This document shows positions 49,259 through 61,700 of a stretch of 64,000 nt of DNA, piece after piece (the first letter of the stretch is position 1; every line of letters begins with the position of its first letter). A program made the translations under genes and the position numbers. The stretch covers positions 8,308,001 through 8,372,000 of the forward strand of contig CM060731.1 in the NCBI GenBank assembly GCA_030704615.1. The letters run 5' to 3'. The notes beneath the pieces were generated by a model that had not been told where the DNA came from, ran no database searches, and saw only the letters and a list, made by a program, of their open reading frames with translations. The stretch comes from Takakia lepidozioides. Lineage: Eukaryota > Plantae > Bryophyta.

Positions 49259-49999
49259 CATATTGTTGAGGTCAACTCCTGTACTTCGATTTAAGAAATA
49301 AATTTTTCTTCTCTATATGGCCCTTCTTGTTTGCGTTTGGGGATCCTTTTTGTTATCTTCTTATGTCGCACTGAACCTCGAATGTCCAGTGGACGTTCTC
49401 GTCCTTTGTTTCTGGTTTGCTGGATGCTGGCCTGCTGTATGTCCTGGTCAACAAAGATGACCCTGTGGGGGAGTTTCGCCTACATAACATATAGATCACA
49501 AGAACAAAATGGGCGAGCACGACCACTAGAGTCTTCATATTCGGTCAAAGAGGTTTTTAACAACGGAAGAAAATAGCCCATTTCCAGTCCTTCTCTGAAA
49601 CATTGGACTTGCTTTTCGCATAACCAATTCTCCCACTGAAGTCTCCCACTAGGATGAGCCTTACTCAATCGTTGTTGACATACAGTTTTTCAATTTGCCA
49701 GTCCTCAAGTTTTTTCTATGAGGTTTTCCTCCATTTTCCCTCTAAGCTCTACGACTTTTCTACACCAAATTTTCATTTCATTTCATTTTCATACTTCTCA
49801 TCTTTGGCCCTGGTTTAAGAGGGAATTTCACATGTCCTTTTCCGTTGTTCAAATTTTAAGCAATTTTTATTTCTCATAGGTTTTATTTGGTGGTTTGACT
49901 TTTTATCCTCTCTCATGTTTTCTTCAGATCCATTTTCTCCCATAAGATCCAAGCACTTCCCAAAAGTCGTTATATAACGTCATTTTCTTTCCAAATCTA

Positions 50000-51545
50000 T
50001 TCATACCATAACCATAACCATTATGGTTATTGAAATGTCTTCTCCCTTCACATTTGCGCTAGCTTTTTTCTTTGTTTTGGATTGACATGCATTTAGGCAT
50101 GTTACAGTTTGCTTTTTATGTTACATCTTAATACTAGGTCCAGGTTCCAACGACGAGTCTTTCATTTAAATACTTGTCCATAATATTAGGTTCTTCATTT
50201 TTTTTTTTGCTTTCTAGTACCCTACTAACAACACTAAGTTCTATCGAAGTATAGAGTTCTCCATAAGACTTATTGTTTGTCTATTTTGTAACTTAAACAA
50301 AAACCCTAAACCCTTACCCTAAACCCTTACTAGAACCATTTTGGTTATCCAAATCTCTTCAATGTAACCAAATTTCCATTTTGTACCATACTAACACACA
50401 CTAAGTTGTAGCAAGTGCGAGTCTTCCGGCATGTATGCTCACCATTTCTGCCTTCAACCCAAGCCCTAAACCCTCGTCGAAAACCCTAAGGAAAACCCTA
50501 CGCCGTTGTTACGTCTAAACCCTTACCCTTCCCCTGCAACTGGGAATGAAGTATCCATACCATAACCATAACTATTTATGGTTATTCAAATCTCTTCGCC
50601 CTTCACCTTGCGCAAGGTTTTGCCTTTGGTTTGGATTGACATGCACTTATCTTTTTTATCGAACTTTGCTTTCTATGTATCTTAATACCAGGTTCCAAGG
50701 ACGAGTCTTTCATTTAAATACATGTCCGATGCAATGACTACACTTCCATAATATTAGGTTCTTCATTTTTATTTTGCTTAGTACTACCTTACTAACAACA
50801 CTAAGTTGTAGCGAGTGCGAGTCTTCCGGCATGTATGCTCACCATTTCTGCCTTCAACCCAAACCCTAAACCCTCGTCGGGAACCCTAAACAAAACCCTA
50901 CGCCATTGTTACGTCTAAACCCTTACCCTTCCATTGCAAATGGGAATGAAGTATCCATACCATAACCATATGTATCTTAATACCAGGTTCCAAGGACGAA
51001 TCCTCAATCTAAATACTTCTCCGGCTCAATGACTCTTCCATAATATTTGTTTCTCCATTTTTATTTTATTTTTATATCCTTATAACACACACCAAGTTCT
51101 AGCGACTGTGAGTCTTCCATGTTTGTTTGTCCAATAGTGTTCTTAAACCTGGCAAACCGAAAACCCTACCTTTACCATCACCCCTAAACCATTAATCTTA
51201 CCATAAACCAATAATTTTAGTGTACTACCCTAGTTACACTCCAAACCTTATCGTACTACCATGTTACATCTTCTCAATGTTTCATGCTCTTTTAATATTT
51301 TCTTTTGTTGGATAAAGTATGATAGAATGATTACAAGGATATCAAATTCCTCAACCATGTCTTAATTTTACCGAGTGTGAGTCCATCATATTTGTTTGTC
51401 TTTTTGTACCCTAAATCCAAACCCTAAACCCTTACCCTTACTGTAAACCCAAACCTTATTACACTTCTCTCTAGTTACACCCCAAACCTTATTGTACTAC
51501 CCTAGTACCTCTTCCGAATGTTTCATGCTATTCTAATATTTTATT
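50000..51545. repeat. AT-rich degenerate tandem duplications (~400-bp period) with AAACCCT motifs
   Basis: CACTAAGTTGTAGC.AGTGCGAGTCTTCCGGCATGTATGCTCACC at about 50398 and 50798, with weaker copies near 50230, 51090 and 51370. Confidence 0.75.
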
Positions 51546-52015
51546 GTCCTTGTCACATCCAAAACATGATTCATTCCAATGGCGTGGTATGTGAACATTG
51601 TGCTTCATATGAAGATTCAATCAATAAAACTACTAGCAAGTTGTATCGAGTATGGTAGAGTACGAGTTTGGCCCATGTTCGATGCGACCCATTTGTTTAT
51701 CATGATGACCTGCAATGGAATATTACTTTATTCGACTTCCAAGCGGACGTTCAATGAATTGTTCAATACTGCTACTTCACATTGAGCACTTCAATGTCAA
51801 ATAGACCTCTTCTATGACAAATTTTGAAAAGAAGTATGACATCACCTGAAACTTCACAAAGTTCAATCACACATTACACCATGATATTATTAATATTTTA
51901 ATTGAATTTAATACAAATATATATTAAGTTTAGTCCGGATTTAAGCCAAAAGTCCAGAATTAATTAAAATAGGGTTGAACTCTCAAAACACAAAAAAACA
52001 CGAGCAGGCAAACTC

Positions 52016-52042
52016 CCTCTCTCTCTCTCTCTCTCTCTCTCT
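52016..52042. repeat. (CT)n microsatellite
   Basis: Direct CT run. Confidence 0.9.
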
Positions 52043-52170
52043 ATATCTGCGTGCGAGACAACAACCGCCATTTTGCCACCCCTCTCCCTGCAATCATGCA
52101 GGATCCCCATACCCAATCTACTGTTCTCAGGTGCTCCGTACCCACTAAATCCTCTGTCAACGATTTTAGT

Positions 52171-52188
52171 TACCCCGCATCTCCACCA
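52171..52188 (-). other. Primer-binding site complementary to the tRNA-Ala 3' end
   Basis: Plus strand TACCCCGCATCTCCACCA matches the 3' 18 nt (with CCA) of plant cytosolic tRNA-Ala as recalled, and abuts the LTR. Confidence 0.85.
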
Positions 52189-52638
52189 CGATACCGGCGT
52201 GGGTTTGTTCCCCTTCCTCTACCGGACTTGACCGAATGTAGTTGGTAGATAGGCCTGGCAAAGAAGACAGAATCGTACTAAGAGGACACCACGGACACAG
52301 ACCTTCAAACACTTTCATCCAACCACTCAACCACACTGTTATGCCCACCGTATGCTCGCGTAAGACCCAGAAAACCACCACCCTTACTGCCACGGCAGTG
52401 AGGTTTAAATAACATTAGGTTATAATCTAATCCTATCCTAATCTGATCCTAAACTAGCTGTTAGAATAAGACAGCCCCTAATAAAGCCATCAGCTGTTGC
52501 CAGCTCATCCTTATGCGCAAGGTGTAAGTCCATCCAGCTTTCATCCTGGCCTCGTCCATCCCTTAGATCATCCGGAGCGCATCCCTCCTCCATTCATCCA
52601 TGTAGAAAAGTAAGGTGAGAAGGAATCCCAGCTCTACA
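52189..52638 (-). repeat. 5' LTR of the host Gypsy
   Basis: Direct repeat of 16952-17485; lacks the terminal 9 bp next to the PBS. Confidence 0.85.
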
Positions 52639-52862
52639 AGGGATAGGTTAAAAACTGAACGTATTTCTATTTAATTCTTCAATTCTTTTTCAACGGGCAA
52701 GCATGTGAGAGAGACGATGATAGCAGGGAGCGTTGAAGTGGAGCATGCCAGTCAATCTGGTCTGATAACAGAGGAGGGGTTGAGCAAGAGGAGAGGGAGA
52801 GAGAGAGAAGGAGAGTTGGGTTGGGAGAAGAGAGAGGTTAGAGGAGGAGAGACAGGGGAGAG

Positions 52863-55301
52863 ATGGGAGAGCGAACTACCCTCCGGATTTTGATCCGGCC
52901 AAGATCCCGCGGCGCAAGCAGGCCAAGAACCAACAGATAACAGCGCGCATGATGCTTCCCATGAGCATCCGCTGCAACACCTGCGGGAATTACATCTATA
53001 AGGGGACCAAGTTCAACTCCAGGGAGGAGGATTGCGTCGATGAGGTGAAATGCAGGATATGATGCAGGTTTGCCCAGATTTGTTGCAGTTGTCCAGTGTG
53101 CTGAAATTTCTTCCCGCTGACATAGGTGTGTCGATTCGATGCAGACCTACCTTGGAATTCGAATTTCCCGGTTTTATTTCAAGTGCAGCCGATGTTCGGC
53201 GGAGTTGACAATGAAGACTGACCCCCAGAACAGCGATTACATTATGGAATCCGGTGCCTCTCGGAATTATGAACCTTGGCGAGCTACGGACGAGGTGGGA
53301 ATTTCCTTCCGATCTCATGCAAGATCTGCTGCTTCACGTTGGATTCCGAAAAAAATGTCTTCCATTTCACTAGCACCAACAGGGTTATATGTGGCATATC
53401 TAGGTTTTCCATTAGACCTCCAACTAGTGCAGTTGGACGTTGCATGTTAATTGAATGTTAGTAATCACGCCAGAGGGAATGCCATTCTGCTATGGCATGT
53501 GCTAAGGAATATCTTCCCAGCAGCATGGGTGGATTCCACAGATGAAGATAAATCTGTAGCTTTCGGTGCATCACGTTTTGGTGTTTTTGTGCCGAATGGC
53601 TATTATTTCAACAGGCTGTGGATGAGGCAAAGAAGCAGAGAGATATGAAGCAGCTGGAGAATCGGACTATTGACTCCAAACAAGAGATGGACATTCTTGC
53701 AGCACTCGATGAAATGAAATCAATGCGGTAAGGTGGGTAATGTTTTTGTGTAGTTCGGTTGATCTTATGTGTAGTTCAGTGTCACACTATGCAGCGTTTC
53801 TGTCAACTTTCCTCACATGAGTAAGTGCACCCTTGAATTTGTCCTTTTTCCTGAGATACTTGAGTGTGGCTTGGAATGCTGCCAGGCACGACATGCAATG
53901 GTGGGGGTTGAAGATATGATGCAGGCTCTTCGGCGCACTGCTGAGGCTAAGGTGTGTCCACTTTCAAGTTCACGGTTAGATTTTCAGTCATTCTTTTGCA
54001 AATATCAGGGGTGGACTCCTGCCACCATGCAAACTTAGCTGCCAGCATAATCTTCCTAGAAATCAAATCTGCAGACTGGTGTGTAAGAAGCAGTCATATC
54101 CACAGACTGTACTTGTCGTGTTTTATTAGTGAGTCGACAAGTCTTAACTGGAGTCCCATGTTGATTGTGTGCTCCAGGGAAAGGAGCTGGCTGAGGAAGA
54201 TGAAGCTGTTTTGCGGTCCGTTGTTTTTCAGGTGGTTACTAGCATGCCATCACTAATCCAACACAGAATGTGTTTCTTACTTGGACTACTTCTTACGTGA
54301 ACATTTGCTGATTGTCTGTCTAAAATTGATTTGAACTTTGTGTCTAGCACACTCTCTCTGGTTTTTTGACCAGATCTCCCAAAAACTTCTGGTTAGTTGA
54401 TGACGATGAGTAGGAGGATTATGATTGGTTTGATAACCTACCACGGCCTTTGTTGTCTCTCTTTTGGAACAGAACTCTCAAAACTTTATGCGTCGGTTGG
54501 ATGATGATGATTTGGAGGAAGACATTAAACAACCAGCTGTGTTCAGGGCTAAACATGATGGAGATGTAGCGAAGGTAAATCATCATTGGTATCTTCTCTT
54601 TGGTGTTTCTGTTTGTGTTATATTGTTACAGGAATCAGAGATTACTGGGGTGGCCTTGTCATCATACTAGAAAGCATACCATGAAATCTAGATAGTGTTG
54701 CCTTTCCAAATGTAGTCTACAGGCAGTAGACATGAGACATTTACGACTGTAGTTACACTGTCAGTCAAATGTCAGGAAACAGAGAGTGTAGGAGACAGAT
54801 GGAATACTTAATTCAGAAATGCGGTTGTACAGCGGAGGAAAGTAGAAGGGGAGCCAGCGGGAACTAATGATGAATTAGGGGGAGGACCATCCCAAGCAGC
54901 TGCTGTTCTGGTCGACCGCATTCCCGAAACAGAAGCAAAAGGTACTGCTCACTAAGATTTCCTTTAATTTGCTTGAATCTGCAGTTGCTGGAACAAGAAG
55001 AGTTCTTTATTCTAACTAGGTACTGTTGTTTACTGTAGCAGCAGGTCAAAATAGCAAGGTTGAGACAAAGACAACAGTTGCCGCATTTGCAATCAGGCCA
55101 AAGCAAGTGGCCTTCTCCATCAAACCAAAATTTGTGGTGGGCCTTATATGTGCCGAAGACCGTAGTGAGTCAGCGGGCGAAGAGAGTTTGCATCCAGCAT
55201 CTGCAGATGTTAGCTCCATACAACCATCTAACTTGGATGCCAGTGATGGTGGGCTTGCTGCTCTTGTTGCATCGTATGACTGTGACTACACAAGTGAGTG
55301 A
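52863..55301 (+). pseudogene. YJU2: Splicing factor YJU2/CWC16 (CCDC94-like), probably pseudogenised
   Basis: Exons 52863-53044, 53145-53294, 53615-53727, 53886-53951, 54178-54231, 54473-54574, 54833-54941 and about 55039-55301. Motifs [80 protein letters not shown] is out of frame with YPPDFD (KVLNKY missing) and the exon 3/4 junction is 1 nt short. Confidence 0.85.
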
Positions 55302-57333
55302 TATGGACTATCAAGTCCTGTATAATTATGATTGTTAGCGGTAAATGGTTGATTTGCCCAATGGTGTATCTTTGCTATGAAATTTAGGAACTGAGATATG
55401 GAGCTTGAATTCAGTGGTGCAATGTACTATGGGACTCTGGAACGATCCCACTGCAGAAGCAGAAGAGGGAGAGAGAGAGAGAGCTGACGAGGCCAAATGA
55501 TCCCTACAGTGATCAATTGTTCCAGGGCAGTCAATGCCATCTGGGCCGATCCTTCTTGAAACGTGGCGATCTCGAATGGGCAGGGATGAAAGTGTGATTA
55601 GTCTTCCTGCTCACATGCAAGTCATCTGCTTCATCAACTGTGCATCAACTGCCCTCAACGGCTCCACAATGTCTCTTCTGTGATCATGTTACACTCCTCA
55701 TAAATTTAGATGCTAGGCGGCCTTTACTTTTTGTTTCCCCACTGGAACAATGATTTGGCGCTGATGGCATGAAACAATGCAGTCCAATGTGGGTCAACGA
55801 TGCTTGGTCAGACACCCAAGGATTCAATGCAGCTTCAGGAATGATTCAGAAGTTAGAGCTGAGTGTAGGTACCTTGCACAAAATTCATGTCTTTTACTGA
55901 TTTCTGAAGCTTGCAAGATTTTGGAAGCTGATTAACGACCTTGACGAGAGCTTTACAGAACAGGGATCCAGAGGGAACTGCATCCAGACAATGGTCCATA
56001 ATTTCCAACCTTAGAATAATCAAGCTTTGTTGCTGTGGGATGTGGGGGGGTGGGCAGAGCAGGCAAAGTGCGTGAGGGTGGCCCACCTGGTTAAGTGTAG
56101 GTTACTCTGAGCATCCACAACCACGACAGAAAACCAGTATGAGGACAATAGACTGGGAGAAGAACAAATCCAGTACAATCCAATTCTGTGTTCTCTGAAC
56201 TTGACACAAGAAGTGAGGCATGCAGATGCTTGCCAACGAGAAACCAGTTTCAAGGAATTGATTCGGGCTGGTAGAGCCATTGTGATTCTTGGTAGAAAAA
56301 GTTAGCATTATATTTGATTGCATCAGTACTCTCTTGTTCACTCCTGGCACAGAGCTGCTCTGGCAGGAATTTACCTACGATCCTTGGCAGATCCATGATG
56401 AGTCCAAGATGGTCCATGAAGCTGGCCCCCTGGTGCTAGTACCCAGATCATAAGACCTTGGGGGTGTTGCCTGCATTTAGATTAACTGCTGAACGGTCTA
56501 TCTGATCTGATAACCTAAGCTGGCAGTTTGTCAGAAATTGGAACTAAGGGTGAGGTCATTCAATCGTCATTTCTCCAGCTGCTGACAAGGCATTTTGATG
56601 AGCTCTTATAGGCCTGCTATGGAATCAAAGTCATAATCTGCCCTCTAGAACCAAGAACAAGCCAGAACCAAGTTCGTTGTGTGAGTACCTACTCTTGGTT
56701 GGATCTACTCACTACGTTCAAAACTTCACTTCAAAAACCTCGGCCTCTGAACCCCTAGCGCCCACAAAATGGACTGCACACACATTCGACCATAATTCAT
56801 TAGCTTTCAAGTGCAACAGACCGGATATGCTTTCAAGCCAATGTGTTGAAACAACCAGGTACAGAATGCTTATTGCATTACACCCTACCTTCAAAGGTCA
56901 TCCTCAAACAAGAAACTCCAAACCTTCCAAAACATGAGCAAATGAAAGGCTGAAAAGTCCTGATTTACTTACGGATGTAATTTACAGTTACTACAGTAAA
57001 TCAGTAAAAGTCCAGTTATCAGTAACAGTAAATAATCAGTTATCAGTAATATTAATGTTACTGAGTAACTGATTACTGAGTCCAAACCAATCACTGAGAT
57101 TTCACCACATTACCTCCAACTTCCCTTCTAAACATGTCAGATTCCCCAAACCCTAATCAGCAAGCTACCAGCACGGCTAACGTTAAAAGGGGGGGGGGGG
57201 ACTACATGAGACAACGCAGCGACAGAAGTGCAAGATGACAGCACAGGCTAGCTGGCCAATGGCAGAACAAATTCCTTGGAACTGGTGGTGTTGAAAAACA
57301 CCATACGATTGACGAAGAAACGACTCCAGAACC

Positions 57334-58113
<780 letters not shown>

Positions 58114-58701
58114 CTATCAAAAAGTTTCGCAGTGTATGAGAGGCCGACTATGTAACAACACCTTTACATTCACCAGTCGGTAGCTCAGTTGGACAGAGCA
58201 CTGAGTGACACCCAGGTGTTTCAACTGTTCATGTGAGAACGAATCACGAACAAACAAGCGGCTAGTCACGAATGGCTCCTCTTTGTGAATAGTGGAATCT
58301 ACTTTCATAAAAAGAAATTCACTAAAAATATTTTACAACATAATTCTTCATTCATAAAACAATTTTCTTGGGCTTAACAAGCTGCTCTATCTATGTTTCT
58401 GGTTTATTGGAGTCACCTCCCAATTCATCCTTCTCCATTACTGCTCCTACTGCTCCTACGTAAAAACCTGCCTCATCCATATTGAACTTGAAAGTTCATC
58501 CATTTGTTTTTCATAAGTTGTTCAATAACATAAATGTTACCTAAGGGAGGTGTTATCTGGAGAAGGCACATCATGGAAGTAGTTTTTAGCATAGGAGAGG
58601 AGGTGACACCTGGGAAAGGCACAACAGGGACTTAGCGAGTTTTAACAATGATGTGTGGTCTCCTCTTCAAAATAAAGATGAGCCAATAAAGAACATGTTA
58701 A

Positions 58702-61700
58702 CCCTTCAACGCCCACTAGGCCCGTTTTGGGCCTTTCTTCTTTATTTTTTGGATGTAGATTTTGTAGATTTGAATCGCCGAGCCCCAATTTTCGGGCTGT
58801 GGATGCCATCCACCTGACGGACATGAATGTAAAAAACGCGATCTTATAGATTTTTTGGTTAGGGTTTTGATTTTTGGCACCGAAGGTAATGGGGTTTGGT
58901 TTGCGGCATGAGAGCCGTGCTCTCACACTTTCTATGTCATTTTGGCGGTGGTGACAGTTTTAATTAGTACAAAATTGACATGGGTTCTGATGGTGCTTTA
59001 CCCCTACACCTGCGCATCCGTTTGCTCAAGCAACAACAATAAGTGGGCATGGTCGTTGGGTGCAACTTCCAAGCAAGTCGATCAAATCTTTCGCTGCCTA
59101 ATGGAGACTGTCTTTTGGAATTGGAAAGACATGCAAGGATAAGGTTGTCACCCTTCCCCCAATTGAAGTATGACGCCTCCTCAAGGGAGCGTAAATTATG
59201 GTGTCTCTTCACCACAAGGGCTACTGTCTTCCAGCTAAAAGGTGGACAACTTCATGACACACTAGACCATGGTTTGAACCCACAACCACATCCAACGTGA
59301 TATGTGCCCATTACCACTGGGCTACATGCTGGTTGTCCCCCCAATTGAAAGTGCATTGTGTGTTTGCTGTAGCTTGTTTGGTCCAAGACTTGGATGCAGA
59401 AGGTGATGTTTTGTAAATGAGTTGTTTAGATTAGGTCATCATGAAAACTTGTTTGGGATTGATATATCATACTCTGATGATGATTCAAATCATTCTGACT
59501 TTAACCCTTTGGAGAAAGAATGTGTTAATCTTGAAGCTATTGACAACCCTGATTTGATGGAGTTTTATGTAGACACTGGACTTCCCACCCGAGAGTTGGG
59601 CTTGTACACATGATTTGCCGGAAGGTTGGGATGGATTGGGGCCTCATGAATTTTTACAGACAACATATGGAATACCGTAGCCTCTTATACGGTTGGGCAC
59701 AAAATAATAATTTTAAGCATTTGTCCAAAAAAAATATAAAATTCAGAACTTAATAGTCCAATCATGCAAAATTATTGAAAACAAATGCTGAAGAAAAAAT
59801 GCTGAATTTTATAAATTTTCATCAAAAAATGCCCAAATCTTGAAAATTATGATTAAATATGTTTTGAAATTATCTTGATTCATAGAAGTACATCGTGATA
59901 GTTCTGATTACTGTCAATCTATAGGCTAGAAAAGAAATCAAAATCAACCTACTTTTTCATAAGCTCGGTCCAGAAAACTGAGAGAAAATTGAGAGACACT
60001 CAATCATTATTTCAGAAACATCTTTAGCTAGTTCTTCTTCAACTACCACTAATTCAAATTCAGTACCAATAGACTGAGTCTCTGTAGACAAATCTGATAG
60101 AGCTATGTTGAAAGAAGAGGTTGCATTACATTCAATGGCCTCATTCTGCAAGCTACAACCTGCAGATGTCATGCTTCAGAGATCTCTTAAGCATGCTTTC
60201 AAAATGCAGTATTCAGAGTGGAGTTCTGCTCAAGTTCAACAGTAGCTTCAAAGAGAAGTTGCTCCCAAAGACGTTCGACTTAATCTTTCTGTAAAAAACT
60301 TAAAGAACCTGGTTTGTGATTGGTTATTACAGTCATGGAAAGATGTGGCGAGGATGGAGGGTATGATTAGAAAAGACTGGTTAGCCTGCGGACAGCTAAG
60401 ACCTTTTGACGTTGAGTTTCTGGTACAATTTGCAGGCAGAAAAAGAACACAGATCTTTGAATATTCAGCTTTCATCCAATTTAAAAAAATCCTTCGATTT
60501 GTGGACAGACCAACAAACCAGAAGCCATATTATCTTCTGACTGGAGCCAAGCCCCAGGGTCTTAACCGTCGTGCAATAATAAGGAACCAACACGAATTGC
60601 ACAAATTGCTTGCAAGTATCTAGATTGGACCAATGGTTACTAGAAATGGTTAAGTGAAAACCAGCAACCACACAGTCTTTACTACATTGGCTAAAAGGAA
60701 GACTGCGTGATGTTTTCTCTTTGAAAACAAGTTGTAGTGGGAGCAAATTGCCATTGGCCGAGGATGAGACACAAGCTGTGATCTGTCTTTTATCTTCAAC
60801 ACCAAGAACATGAATGTCTTTTGCCCTTTATTTCTCTCATGTTCTTTCTCCGCCCATGGGAACTAAATGAATTCCAGTTTGATCTGTGTTGATAACCAAA
60901 CTTTTATGGAATATTATACATTCTGACCAAATATGCAACCCTAAAAGCCATGAGTTTGCCTTCATGCTCCCAAGTTGATGGTAGTTTTTCAGCAGCAGTA
61001 GTCGATACCCTGTATGACCAATTTAACTCACGACGAAGAAAATTACGGGTCCATGGCACAGTGACCCGAAATCGTCCTTTCCCGTGATGGGAACTAAATA
61101 ATTCCGGTGCCCTGATTTGAATAATGCCTTGAAGAATATGAGCAATAATGGGGGCACAAAGATATTGTCCAGCATCTCTCATCCCATTAAGTAGTTCCAC
61201 CATTTCCCGTACCAATTCTGGACTGTCTGAGAGAGGACTTTGTTTTGTCAATACTCCAGTTTGAGCAAGCCCTCTTTCTATTGCAACCTTATATTTAGAT
61301 TTAAGCTCACCACTCGAAGTAAACCAATGATAGAGAGTACCTCTACTCAATTTATCAAAGAGACTTCCAACGACTCCGGGTTTTTTGTGAGCTGTCCGCA
61401 AATACTGCAAAGCATCGGCCAACGTGTGTGATTTCAGCAGATATCAATGACCAAAGTTCTGGTGTAAACCAATTCATGTACGTCCCCCTTGATTTGACCT
61501 GTGTACATAGAAGTTCTCTTAACATCAATACCAAGTTCAAAATTATGCACAAAATGATATTATAATATAGATGGATAAATATAAAGAGAATATAACTTAC
61601 CTTCTTCCGTGTAGATGAAGATACATCGTGTACCGCACTTGATTTACAACGACCAATGTCTATTCTGTCATTCTGCTCGATCAATTAAACAGTACATACG

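Larger units (their letters stand above)
16943..52638 (-). mobile_element. Host Ty3/Gypsy LTR retrotransposon (dUTPase-bearing, tRNA-Ala primed) with nested insertions
   Basis: Direct LTR copies at 16943-17485 and 52189-52638. Termini TGTGAAGC...GCTCTACA. AGGG at 16939-16942 and 52639-52642. PBS at 52171-52188. Minus-strand gag, protease, dUTPase, RT, RNase H and integrase in Gypsy order. Confidence 0.8.

Noticed and set aside
55900-56080. NB-ARC P-loop-like remnant (GMWG.GRAGK)
   Set aside because: Needs a frameshift and has no supporting motifs.
58176-58240. tRNA gene
   Set aside because: Only a D-arm/A-box-like stretch (GGTAGCTCAGTTGGACAGAGC) is present; no T-loop/B-box or acceptor stem. 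At most a SINE relic.
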